Notes: generated by a model from the sequence alone, not told the origin. A stretch of 63,930 bases of DNA, filler included, from Octopus bimaculoides (GCF_001194135.2; 3 parts of 3 records of this genome joined end to end with filler, not necessarily neighbours in it); one strand, 5' to 3'; counted from the first letter of the whole stretch, positions 37,296-50,539 are shown. A program made the numbers and translations.

Positions 37296-40082
37296 AGCGG
37301 TGCATGTAATATTAAATGGCTTCAATTAAGAGTTGCTACTACAGTGTAATGTAACATAATAATGGCTTATTGCGTACCTTATGATACCCGTTCTTCATTC
37401 CGTTCATATAAAAATGATATTTATTGACATATCAAAACAAATTCTAGAACTATAAAGGTTATATGGAAGAATCCCTAGTACTGAATGAGACGTGGTTACA
37501 TATTACGGTACTTGTNNNNNNNNNNGATACCCGTTCTTCATTCCGTTCATATAAAAATGATATTTATTGACATATCAAAACAAATTCTAGAACTATAAAG
37601 GTTATATGGAAGAATCCCTAGTACTGAATGAGACGTGGTTACATATTACGGTACTTGTAGTTCTATCTTAAATAGTTTATGCATCTCATCTACATTGAGT
37701 CTCTTTTAATTCTAACCTTAAATTAATCTTCAAACAATTAATGATGTCTTAATAAGAAATCCCGATTCACGGTTAACACTGAGTTTTCTTGTTTTGTGAG
37801 TTTGGGTGCTTCACTAAAAGCACCCAAAGGCTAAGTGACGAATTTAAAATGGGTAACAGATTAAGTATATTATCCAAAAATACAAACAATCTATCTAACG
37901 GAATTCCACAGTTTCCGTTCAACAAATTTCACTGAGAAAGCTTTGGTCGAACACATGGTATCATCTGCCAAGATGCGTCTCAATGATAATGAAACCAAAG
38001 CCATGTAGCAACGAAGAGAAATTCTAAGCTACACTTGCCCAACTTTATGAAGACAATAACAGCGCAAAACATATTTTAAACTGATAGATTTTCACCGTGT
38101 AGGAAGGATAAGACCTTTAATATTTTTAGTCTTCCGCTACATTAGAAGTTAGGCTAATTCAGTGCAGTTAATCTTAACTTTGAAATATAGGTAAGCGTTT
38201 GGCTGTTAAAAATATCGATATGAATGCAGTTTTGAGGAAAAAAAAACGAGGTAAAACGTGTCATGGTTCTTAACTTGTTCACATCCTTCTCACACCCACC
38301 TGACAAAGTTGAGAGTGACAGGTTTTAGATAAATTTTATAAGGTTTCCCACGTATATATAATCGTATTGAAACGAAATCACGGAAACAAACACATTTAAG
38401 AAAGTGTTTTCGTTTTAGCTGATGATGATTTAACAACGTTTATGTAATTTTTTAAAAAATTCAATTATCTTGTAATAGAGTCTACTTTTACTTTGATCGG
38501 AGTGCTTTTAAACCTTCAGCATTAACCGTATTTTAAAAGATGGAAATTAAACAGAAATAAACACTTCTTATCATGCTGAATCTTCTTTCCTTTTATTATT
38601 AATTTCTTCGAGGAACAAAAGAAAAAATAAAAGTAAAAACATTTTGTCAATTGATTTCGCTATAAACAGTGCGGCATCAGGAAGTGCAAATAAATTCCTA
38701 CACTATGAACCCAAACATCACTCTGAATATAAACACAATTCCACTGATAGATTCTCCCCGTAAATTCTAAACTAAATTTGATGCTTTAACACTTGTCCGT
38801 ACCATTGGGAAACAGAAAGGTAGATTCATTAATTTGCTCGTTTATCTACTGTTAGTTCATTTGATAACGAGCTCTACTTTAACTAATATTGATTTAGCTT
38901 AAACGATGGTGTACAACAGTATAAGCCATTATTTCCGATGATATATCACGTGAATCAACTGTATTGTGGAAAAGATCCAAAGTCCATTAACGTCCAGAAG
39001 TTATTTAACCGACATCAAATCTCAAACAAGTAATGGCTTCTTCATCCTTTGAGGTTAATTCGGAATAGAATTTATTAGAAGATATATTAGACTACAGTAA
39101 AAGAAATCATTGCATTTGTCAGTCAGCAAATAATAATTATAACATCTTCATATTTACATTTTCTATTGTAAAACATACGACTTCAAAATCGTTTGTTTCT
39201 TTATGACTGATTTTGAATCGTTCTGTGAAATAGATACGAATACGATTTACAGAACAATATTGCAAACCAAATTTCATACCACGTAAACGTCTTAAACACC
39301 GTGTTGTTAGAGACTGCAGTGCATATTTCGGTACCCTAGAATTTAAGATGCAACTGAGGTGATTAGGGATTTTAGTCTGAGGCTGTGTTATGTTTTAATT
39401 TAGCGCAATAATTGAAATTAGTTCTGAAAGCCAATGATACACTAATTAATCATAAATGCATTCACTTCTTATGCGTGTGAGGTAGCATCTATCTATATTT
39501 ATAGCTGGGTAAACCGAACTGTCAACACTTTAATGTCTTCATAATAGGAACATTGCAACTCACTATAACTTGTTGCTGTTGTTTAGCCACAGGATAACCT
39601 TGACTATACGGACCTATAATCAAATTCGTTGTAGTCATGATTACCCATCTTTCTCAGGACATTACATATTTGGGACTATATCATTGAAGTCAGCAAAAAA
39701 ATACTCTGAGTGAAATTTTGCTGTTATCTCTAGTTTTATTGGTCTGAATAAACTGTGGGAGAACAAAGTTATCAACAGTTCACTTATGTTATGTTTTTAA
39801 TGCAGCCTCCAAACATACCTGAGAATTGTTTTCTGTTGAAAATATAACAAAGGAAAATTACATGTAACTCACAATTTTTCTTAGCATTAAATTATATACA
39901 GAAACTACCGATTATTTAAAAGGCATTTCAAAGAAAGTTACTCGAATTGTAAATTTGATTTTGAGACTGATTTCTTTCAGTGTCACTAAATTTTACAAAA
40001 TGATTCTTCAATTTATTTTTCTTTTATTTATTTATTTATTTATTTATTTATCATTAATAATAACAACAACAACAACAACAAC

Positions 40083-40125
<43 letters not shown>

Positions 40126-41642
40126 GAATCAATAAAAGAAAAACAAAACATATATTTTACGCTGCGGAATAAAAAAAGGAATAATTTTTTTCAGTGATTG
40201 AATTTCTAAAATATATCTCAATGGATTTTTTTTTATTATGAACTATACGTCCTTAAATTATCGTTAAACTGTGTCTTCTTTTTGTCTGTTCTGCTGTCAA
40301 CCTAATTAAGTTGTGAACTTATTGGCTCCTTCAAATTCATAGACTATATTAGATTGTCCCCATCGCATCACTTCACGTCACCTAAATCTTCCCTCAAAAT
40401 TCTTGCACTAAAAACATATCTCATATTTCTGAAACTTAATTACTTTCGTCTTTCTATATGTATTTTCAATACTAATTATCAGCGCTCAACACTTAAACGA
40501 AAAGTTTAACCATATTAACCTCAATAGACTTGACAACTTTCTACTGCAGAGCGCTTTTCATTAAGCAATGAAAGAGCATATAAAGAACGCTAAATATTGA
40601 GTTAAGTCCCAATTATAGTTTGGCTGACAACATACTAATTAATTTGAGGTTTATTGACTGCATGGTGAGACAAGCAGTTAGTTATAACGTTCATATATTT
40701 TCCAAATCCATTAATGATGATATAAATGAAATTAAGAGATTATGAACAAGATTTTATTTTAATCATCTGACAAGAAATGGAGAGAAGGATAGAGTTTTTG
40801 AAAATTATTGTTTTTTAAGATGCTATTGTGAAACCCAAGTATAACTTGCCACAATTCATTTTACAAATGATATAAGTAATCGAATTGGTTTATAACTTCA
40901 TATACGTGTCCGCCCGTCTATCTGTCTGTCTGTATATATATATATATNNNNNNNNNNNNNNNNNNNNNNNNNNNNNNNNNNNNNNNNNNNNNNNNNNNNN
41001 NNNNNNNNNNNNNNNNNNNNNNNNNNNNNNNNNNNNNNNNNNNNNNNNNNNNNNNNNNNNNNNNNNNNNNNNNNNNNNNNNNNNNNNNNNNNNNNNNNNN
41101 NNNNNNNNNNNNNNNNNNNNNNNNNNNNNNNNNNNNNNNNNNNNNNNNNNNNNNNNNNNNNNNNNNNNNNNNNNNNNNNNNNNNNNNNNNNNNNNNNNNN
41201 NNNNNNNNNNNNNNNNNNNNNNNNNNNNNNNNNNNNNNNNNNNNNNNNNNNNNNNNNNNNNNNNNNNNNNNNNNNNNNNNNNNNNNNNNNNNNTATATAT
41301 ATATACATACATATATACATACATATATTACTTTTACCTACTTTACTCTAAGTATAGATGGCGAGGCGAAAAGTGTATCCCTTTTTCATGCTCATGACCA
41401 GCTCATACTTTCACCAACCAAATTAAAATATTAGTAACCACCCCCACCATACACTTGCAGTAATAATCAATGGACCCACTTATAATTTATACTAAATAAT
41501 TATCCAACGAGAAACTATTCAAGAATTTCCCCTTGCATATCAGTCACCGAACTTCCCATTTTCCCCACCCATGATGAACGGTCATGCTTTAAAATCACTT
41601 CACAATTAGAAAAAATATCCTATCATATTGTTCCTCCAAGAA

Positions 41643-41643
41643 G

Positions 41644-41714
<71 letters not shown>

Positions 41715-41731
41715 GTATCTATCTATCTATG

Positions 41732-41796
<65 letters not shown>

Positions 41797-41845
41797 GTCT
41801 ATCTATCTATCTTTCTATCTATCTATCTATCTGTCTATCTATCTA
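41643..41845. repeat. (CTAT)n microsatellite
   Basis: Read directly. Confidence 0.96.
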
Positions 41846-42514
41846 ACTATGAACTATCTTATTGTTATGCCCAGGGTTATACCCTCTTAATTACCTTCAA
41901 GTTACTGGCAACCGACAATCCAGATATACCATCCTAGGCCTCGCTGTCACATGAGCAAGGGCAGGGTATCTAATCCTTGCTGTATATATAAACCATAGCT
42001 CACCCATGTTGATCATTCAACCCAGATTGTAACCCACCTCTCTCAAGTTTTGTTACTGCTACATAAGGACTGCTGTCGCTAATATGTTAATACTCTACAG
42101 GACGATGATGAACAACTGAACAATGCCAACATCTCACTCCACCACGGACGGTACTCAATACAAGGAACTGTATTGTTGAATACACCAAATCGTAGCTAAC
42201 TGTTGGAGTGACATCAGCATTCTGAAAACATACTGTTCAAGCACGTGAACTTAAAAATAAAGAAAAAAGTTGGTGTTGCTTTAGTAGCAAGAACACCACG
42301 TGATCTGAGCTGACCAATAGAGGCCTAATATCTAGAAGCCATTTTGTATTTGTTTCAAATCTCTCACACTTCTCCTAACAAATTTCTGATGAGGTGGACG
42401 TGTCCTGCGCGCCCACCAACTTTATGTTGTCTGGAGTTGAATTAAACTGTAATCAAATATATAACTCCTACCAAATGTGTCGAGTGCCACTTTTGTTTGT
42501 CTACTGAATCGTAT

Positions 42515-43743
42515 ATATATACGAGGAGGAGTTTAATAGCTGGGCTAGCAAATTAACTTATATGGTGGGTTAAACATTTAAAGATATATGATAAGTGGAT
42601 AGGGAAAGATTCAGTCCTGAATAAACTACTAGTTAAGGAATTTATAGATGAATTACATAAAAAGTATGTAATAGTACCAGCAGATAAAGCAGCAGGGAAT
42701 TTTGTAGTAATTTGTAAAAAATATTATATGATGGTTATAGGTAAAGAGGTAGGAGTGGATAAGGAATTTACGTTTATAGGTAATAATACATACAAAGTTA
42801 TACATGAAAACGTTAATGAGTTAGTTAATAGACTTATGCCCACTTTAGAAAGAGTGAGTGGTTTAGAAGTGGAAGAAAAGGATAAAAATATCCCTAAACT
42901 TTTTGGGATTCCTAAACTACATAAGGTTCCTTTTAAAAGTAGATTCATGACAGGAATTAGAAATTGTAGAAATAAACAGCTATCTATATTGATTAATGAT
43001 GCTTTAAAAGTTGTTAGAACATATTTTAAAACATATCGTGACTAAATTCATAATAGTTCAGGAATTAATTATTTTTGGAGTATTAGATCAACTAAGGAAT
43101 TTTTGGATTGACTGATCAAATGTAAGAAAGTTTAGAGTCTGTATGTATATGATTTTTCGACAATATATACAAACTTAAATCTTAAATGTGTGGAAGATGG
43201 TATTTTTAGAATATTGGATATTATTTTTGATAAAGGATATAAATGTATATCTTTAAAAGATGGTAAAAGTTTCTTGTCTAATTGTTGTTATAAGGGATAT
43301 ACTAATATAAGTAAAAGAAAAATGAAAGAAATAGTTTTATTATTAACAATTCGTTTGTAATGTTTGCAGGTAGGGTGTTTGAGCAGATTAGGGGAATTCC
43401 AATGGGTGGAAATTGTAGCCCCGTATTAGCGGACCTTTATCTTACGTCATGCGAGTTCCTTTTTCTTAAAGACCTATGTGCTAGAAAAAAGATAGGTTTG
43501 TTTAAACAACTTGATGGATGCTGCAGATATATAGACGATATATTTATACCTAATTATGGTTTCTTTGAGTTTTTACTCAGACAAATATACCCTTGTGAGC
43601 TTATAGCCACCAGAAATGGTAAAAATATAAGAAATATTAATTATTTAGATGTCAATCTAGTTATTAAGGATAACAATAAAATATGTACTAACATTTATAA
43701 TAAAACAGAAAATCTTGGTTTCCAAATGACTTCAATGCCATGA
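42515..43743 (+). pseudogene. Penelope-like RT, Naiad-type, truncated at both ends
   Basis: LHKKYVIVPADKAAGNFVVICKKYY; IPKLFGIPKLHKVPFKSRF; SGINYFWSI; YDFSTIYTNL; GIPMGGNCSPVLADLYL; CRYIDDIF; NYLDV..IYNKTENLGF. Three internal stops (TAA, TGA, TAG) and one frameshift. PLE call is firm; clade call is inference. Confidence 0.88.
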
Positions 43744-44610
43744 TTGGGCAAATGTGTTTGAAAGTTGTGGTTTCTTTGGTTTGTTTGTTCCCAAACAACA
43801 CTTATTTTAGTGCTGTTGACACCACTGGATTGAATGGTACTGCTCAGGGGTCGAGACCATAGTGATATCAGTGAGGCAGCTGATGATGGGGGGATGTTGG
43901 ATTGTTGGTATGGCTGTTTTTGTATATGTGGATTACTATTATTGGTTTGTTGGTATGGCTGTGGAATAGTATTATAACACATCCTTTATATATATANNNN
44001 NNNNNNNNNNNNNNNNNNNNNNNNNNNNNNNNNNNNNNNNNNNNNNNNNNNNNNNNNNNNNNNNNNNNNNNNNNNNNNNNNNNNNNNNNNNNNNNNNNNN
44101 NNNNNNNNNNNNNNNNNNNNNNNNNNNNNNNNNNNNNNNNNNNNNNNNNNNNNNNNNNNNNNNNNNNNNNNNNNNNNNNNNNNNNNNNNNNNNNNNNNNN
44201 NNNNNNNNNNNNNNNNNNNNNNNNNNNNNNNNNNNNNNNNNNNNNNNNNNNNNNNNNNNNNNNNNNNNNNNNNNNNNNNNNNNNNNNNNNNNNNNNNNNN
44301 NNNNNNNNNNNNNNNNNNNNNNNNNNNNNNNNNNNNNNNNNNNNNNNNNNNNNNNNNNNNNNNNNNNNNNNNNNNNNNNNNNNNNNNNNNNNNNNNNNNN
44401 NNNNNNNNNNNNNNNNNNNNNNNNNNNNNNNNNNNNNNNNNNNNNNNNNNNNNNNNNNNNNNNNNNNNNNNNNNNNNNNNNNNNNNNNNNNNNNNNNNNN
44501 NNNNNNNNNNNNNNNNNNNNNNNNNNNNNNNNNNNNNNNNNNNNNNNNNNNNNNNNNNNNNNNNNNNNNNNNNNNNNNNNNNNNNNNNNNNNNNNNNNNN
44601 NNNNNNNNNN

Positions 44611-44692
<82 letters not shown>

Positions 44693-46411
44693 AGTATACA
44701 TACATACACACATATACACACATTCGTGCACACGTATATATGCATGCAGAAATTCGGCTAAAACACAAAAGTAAAAGTAACTGCAGAAAGAAGTGAAAAG
44801 CAAAACAATTGGAGTGGTGGCTCTTTTGAACTGATAATCTGAAGAAACAAGCTATTTGTTAAACGTCGCCGGACTGTACAAAAATAGGAACATTCATTCT
44901 TCATATCTAGATTAAACTTTTCATTAAATAATTTCTATTGCTGTCGGACTATGGTAGAAGAATGCTCACTATAGCAATAGAAAAATGTCGCCTTTGGTTG
45001 CTTGTCATTCTTAACTGAAATTGAATTATTTTTCACAGGCAAGTAAATGCTACAATTACATTATTCAAAACTGCGTTTCACTCAAAATAAAAAGAAAAAG
45101 GAAAAAAAAAAGAAAAAAAATTTCTGAAGACGAGAATAATCAAGAAAGATAGTTTGTCGCAAACTCTACTTATACTTTTTCAACAGTGAATAATACAATA
45201 ACATATTATTATATGTGGACTATTTAACACTAAAATTTCAAGTAGGTTACAGTGGTAGGGAGCTATTCATTTATCGCATGATAACATAACATCCAAACTA
45301 TCAATGTTGAGATTATTTCTGATGCATAATTTATTTAAATTCTTACCTTTATTCCTGGTAAACATTAATAAAAGAAAGAAAGAACTACTATAGTATAATT
45401 CATCATTGTTAAAATTCTGCTTCGAAATCATATGGATTGCAGTTCGAATCCATTGCATAAAATCTTGAGCAAGTGTCTTCTACCATAAATCCAGATCAGC
45501 CCAAGCCGTATCAGTGAAAATTGGTTAGGCGCAAACTTTGAGCAAGCAAATCAAATGGGTTATATCTGATTAGTTGTCGTCTCTTCTCCCTTTCCATTCC
45601 ATCTCTATCGGTTGATATGCAGAAGAGTTGGATCATGCTTCCCTCCTCTGATTCAAATGTATGTCCATGTATGTATGTATGTATATATGTATGCATGTAT
45701 ACATTATGTATATATTACGTTTGGGATTTTGTTGTAAGTTTTTTTCCTTTGCAGAATTCAAACCAGTTTCCAACAAAGTACTTTTGTTTAAGTCAAAACA
45801 GCACTTGGGGTTTGGGGTTACTCAAATTGGTCGATGTATGTGTGGTGATGAGGTCATTGTTCATGGATATGCATTCATAGTTATTCCAGATGTATATGTG
45901 GTTGTATGCATATGTTTACCCAGGAGCCTCAAATATGGAATCCCTGAAATGTTTTGCAAATTTTCAGTTTTCCTGATCAGTTGCATCTGGAGAACCCAAA
46001 TATTTCTAGTTTTCTATGCAGATCCGTTGTTACATAGTTAAGTGTACATATGATAATAACATCAAACGAAAATTTGTGGTATATCGGCTAAAACCCTTAA
46101 GGGCGGTGATCCAATATGGCCACGGTCCAAACGAAGACTTAGTAATTAAAGAATAAAGAATTCAATTAAAATACTATTTTACTTATCTCATTTCAGTGGA
46201 CCGTGGCTATGCTGGAGCGTTGCCTAGACAACGGCTATTTCTGTCGAATTTTGAAATCTGAGTTTATTTTCTGTAATAAATATTAAGCATTTATGAGTTC
46301 ATACATTTGATTATATTATACCTTTGCGGGTTAAGTTCACTTACAACTTTAGATTAAAACATCACCCCCATCCAAAAAAGAAAGAAAAACACATGAATTA
46401 ATTAATACCAT

Positions 46412-46980
46412 AAGGTAATATTTATCCCCACTTGAAAGTGGATGTTGTGATAGAAACAGAATACTGCGATAGTTACCATGAGAGGATCTCTTATATTGAC
46501 TTGTGGTGCATATAAACAATCTTGTTTATATCGCTAGCGGGAGATAAATCAACCACCATCGCCGTCGTCGGACAGCCAGATCATGAGATTTCGGCCTTCC
46601 TTGCCCTGTTAATGGTAGACGCCAGGAGAGTGGAAATAACAGCGATTTCTCCGCTAGTGATATATATAGAATCATAGCGCCTTATCAGACACTGGAGTCG
46701 CAAGTAGCCAGAAGACTTATTATAAAAATAATTAACAGCGACAGAAGCAGTATTAACATGAAAGGGCAAAATTTATCCCCATTTAAAAGTGGTGGTTGTA
46801 TCAGAGTGCACAATACTGCGATAGTTACCATGAGAAAACCTTTCTCATGGACTTGTTTATATTGCTAGCGGAAGATAAATCAACTACAGTTAGCGGCGTC
46901 GGGACTACCGGATCACATGATTTCGGCCTCCCTCTACCTTCTCAATGGTAGACGCCGAAGGCTGGAAATAGCAGTATTCT
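46412..46980. repeat. Two diverged ~230-bp units, 351-bp period, with conserved hairpins
   Basis: Shared blocks tttatcccca, aatactgcgatagttaccatgaga, gctagcgg.agataaatcaac, gatttcggcct, aatggtagacgcc, tggaaata. Confidence 0.9.
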
Positions 46981-47219
46981 GTTCTCTAACACAACATCAT
47001 CTTTTAACTGGTAATAAATATTACCTTTTGCTATTAATACTGCTTCTGTCTAATAATAATTTATTAATCCCATATTTCCTCTTTCCTGTATATCGATGAA
47101 ACAAAATGCATGCATTCCGAAATTTCTACATAGCTTGGTTAGATTCATAAATACTTTAGGTATCAGAAAGTTGATAATCCTTTCTACCATAGGTAAGAAA
47201 ACATTAAATTTTATAGGGA

Positions 47220-47370
47220 GGGGCTAATCGATTACATCGACCACAGTGCTAAACAGTTACTCATTTTAGCGACTTCGAAAGGCTAAAATGTAAAGTCAAC
47301 CCACTTGGCGAAATTTGAACACAGTGTGTAAAACACCGCGAAGCATATCCAGCGTCTCTGTCACTGTTTA
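47220..47370 (-). mobile_element. SINE family B, diverged
   Basis: tcgattacatcgaccacagtgct..aaagtcaaccc..aaatttgaac. Confidence 0.7.
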
Positions 47371-47669
47371 ATAATTTGTGATATAAACCAGTGATTTGAC
47401 AAGATTCAAATAGTTTTGAGTACACGCTTCGGCTCTCTTTGTAATACCTTATGGACACAATCAACTGTTAATTTCTAAGTATACGACTACAGAGTGTTGT
47501 GTTAGGGTATAAGCATCCTGGGTTGTTGCTTCACACATCTAGGGTCTCAATCAATTCTGTGGCCTACTGTCAATAAATAGATACTATGGGCGGCGCAAAT
47601 AACCAGAAGGCTTATTAAAAAGATATTCTGTGGCTTGCTGTCAAAAAAAAAAAAATATATATATATTAT

Positions 47670-47890
47670 AAGGCAGCGAACTAGCAGAATCCTTATCTCT
47701 CCGGGAAAAATGCTAAGCAACATTTCGTATACCTCTACATTCTGAGTCCAAAATCCACCGAAGTAGACCTTGCTTTTCATCCCTTTAGGGTCGATAAAAT
47801 AAGTACCAACTGAGCACTGGAGTCGATCTAATCGACCTTAGCCCCTTTCCCGAAATTTTTGGCCTTGTGCCAAAATTTGAAACTAATAAA
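47670..47890 (+). mobile_element. SINE family B, full length, diverged
   Basis: ggcagcgaactagcagaatc..ttgcttttcatccctttagggtcgataaaataagtacc..ccttgtgccaaaatttgaaac. Confidence 0.88.
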
Positions 47891-48539
47891 TAAATACTAT
47901 ATGGCCCAGTGCGCTGAAATGTCCGGGGACCTATAATGCCGTTAAGTTGGCCCTGCCACTGGATTAACATGCCCATGAATAAGAACCGAGTTCGAGACTC
48001 GGTATCGATTCTTAGTAATTTCGTTCATTGATGTCCGTTGTGTTTTGTTAAGGAAGGCTTCAAAAGTTAAAATATTCTTTGTTTTTCTTTCATATATTGG
48101 TATCATTTGTAAGAAATCGATATCATTGGCAGCGTCATCACACGCAACGAACTGATTCCACTAAAGTGTTATTACTATGATTGAGAATGCATGAAGAAGG
48201 AGGAAGAGGAGGAGGAGAAGCAAGGGAAGGAAGGATGGAGGAGGGGGGAGAAGAAGAAGAAGAAGAAGGGGGAATAAAAGAAAGTGAGGACGAGGTGAGG
48301 ATGAACAAGAAAAAGAATGATGTAATGTGAAGGAGGAGGAGTAAGGAAGACATTCGCCTATCCAGTTCCACTTTAGATACGTTAAATGTAATCTATAGTA
48401 TAAACACAACGGGGAACATTATCGGTAAATCACTAGTTGAAATATGAAAATCATGTTTCTCTCACATACACAGACACACACACACACACACACGCACGCA
48501 CGCACACATATAAACATACATATATGCATCTACACTATA

Positions 48540-48575
<36 letters not shown>

Positions 48576-48691
48576 NNNNNNNNNNNNNNNNNNNNNNNNN
48601 NNNNNNNNNNNNNNNNNNNNNNNNNNNNNNNNNNNNNNNNNNNNNNNNNNNNNNNNNNNNNNNNNNNNNNNNNNNNNNNNNNNNNNNNNNN

Positions 48692-48732
<41 letters not shown>

Positions 48733-49649
48733 CATACAAACTCATACATACATACATATACGTACATACATTTGTATAACTGTCGAAATGAAGTTATGCA
48801 TATAGCATACTCACCGACACTCAACCATACACACAAGTACAGTCGTTTGCACAAATGAATATTCCATTCTGCCTATCATCAAACTTCATAAAAAAAAGGG
48901 ACTCACAACCACCAACACCACCATTATTGCCTTTACCATCATCGTCCTTGTCGTCAGCAGCAACAGTTATAAAGACGACGCTGACGAAGGTGGCCATAAC
49001 AATGAAGCAAATAAATACATTTGCGCACTTTCGATTGAAACTGAGAAAGTTATTCGTTAAGGACGGCGCTCATGTTACACGTCAAGATGATACGTAAGCA
49101 ATCACAAGCAATATAATAATGGCCAGAGAGAAAGAGACCACATCATCCTTTTGTTAGCAGGAAACACAAGGTGAACAATTGATGGTGGTGATGGTGGTGG
49201 TGACGGCGAAAACTTGCTAAGGATGGAGATGGGTAGCTTAAAAAGTAAAACAAAAGAAAAACAAATAAAATAAAATAAAACAAATATAATGTGGAACGAA
49301 CACGTCATTAAAGTATTTTTACTGTTGAGTCAATATTCTTGATAGTGGTCGTCTCTAATGGAAGAGCAACTGCGTTTCGTATTGTCGCCATCTTTTTTTC
49401 TTTTGCGTTTATTTTCTTCCTATCTCTTTATGTTCATTGAATTTCAACAAAAAACAGTGGAGGAAAAAAAATAAAGATAAAATAAGGCAGAACAAATACA
49501 AAATGCAATAAAATAAAACAAGAAAATACTAGTGTTTCTTTATTTCACTGTTTCTTGCTCAGTCATCAGTAGAGACTTACAAAGTTTGCCCGTCTATCTG
49601 CTCTATGTCTTTATGTATATAAGTATATATGTACGTAGGTTTGTACGTG

Positions 49650-49688
<39 letters not shown>

Positions 49689-50214
49689 ATGTGTGTGTAT
49701 GTGTGTGTGTGAGCTGTCCTCGTTACTTTTTGATTCTGAGTTTCATTTTTCCCTTGTAAATGAACGAGTTATCTATATCTCACATTTTCTTCTATATACT
49801 TCTTTTTCTTTACTACAGTTTTCTCCTCTATGTAATATATACATTGATTTATAGTTAAATATATTATTAATAACATAGACATTAACAACATAGACTTATA
49901 AGAGTTTTGAAATATAACGAACTTTTTGCTTATATCACACGCATACGTTCTAAACACATGACACACACTACGCACATACATAGACACACCCACCCCATAC
50001 ACACGCACCAATTATCATAAGCACGACCTTTACAGTTCTCATACTCCAAATTCTTCCTATTTGAAATTTTAAGAGGTTGTATTTTCTTTTATTTTTCGCC
50101 CTCTTTCTTTACGATCCTGGAATCAAACGGGCATGATGGATCGATAAGTAAGCAACTTCGCTTTTCCTTATCTATAATTATGTCCGGTTTATTATTTTCT
50201 AATTCTTGTCCATT

Positions 50215-50530
50215 TGAATAGAGAAAATTTTACATTTCTCCTTCTCCAGTACTCTTTCGACTCGATGATTGACTCAATGTGTTTCCAGCTTAAAATCCCC
50301 ATTTCTGACAAAGTTTCCAGTGCAAAACTTTTACCATTTGGTCGTGCCTCCATTTTTTATATTCTTCCTGTGCTAACTTGTGGTATTCTGCTACATTGTG
50401 TACCAATGTTTCGTTCCAAGTTCCACAGGCTCTATATTTTTCTGACACATTCTCTTCACATATATTTTTTCTCAAGTTGTTTATTTTCGCTGCTTGATCT
50501 GTTTCTTTTTTTAATTGGAAGAGCATTTTC
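50215..50530 (-). pseudogene. R4/Dong-like LINE C-terminal (zinc-knuckle to RLE) fragment
   Basis: KYRACGTWNETLVHNVAEYHKLAQEEYKKWRHDQMVKVLHWKLCQKWG (cf. CR.C...ETI.HI.S.C.KLAQ.EYK.RHD.V...HW.LC). Confidence 0.88.
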
Positions 50531-50539
50531 GGTACTCTT

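Noticed and set aside
37383-37658. 133-bp exact tandem duplication
   Set aside because: The copies flank a 10-N gap; unmerged contig overlap. The same applies to the short overlap at 34086-34127.
43100-43745. In-frame TGA codons in the Naiad-type RT as selenocysteine
   Set aside because: This copy also has TAA, TAG and a frameshift, and the TGAs are not at evident Cys positions; ordinary decay is sufficient.
44839-44867. CTGAAGA-aacaa/ttgtt-AAACGTC hammerhead-like string
   Set aside because: G12 is missing and no stem I can form with the flanks; no PLE context.
45124-45160. CTGAAGA...GAAA...GTC (and CTGATGA...GAAAC on the minus strand near 49550)
   Set aside because: No stem II or stem I pairing.
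45661-46041. 126-aa ORF behind a strong acceptor at 45753
   Set aside because: It starts in a microsatellite, has no recognisable domain, and no convincing donor.
46890-46985. HDV-like ribozyme fold in tandem copy 2
   Set aside because: P1-, P3- and P4-like pairings exist, but P2 and the J4/2 catalytic C are not found; kept only as an unexplained structured repeat.
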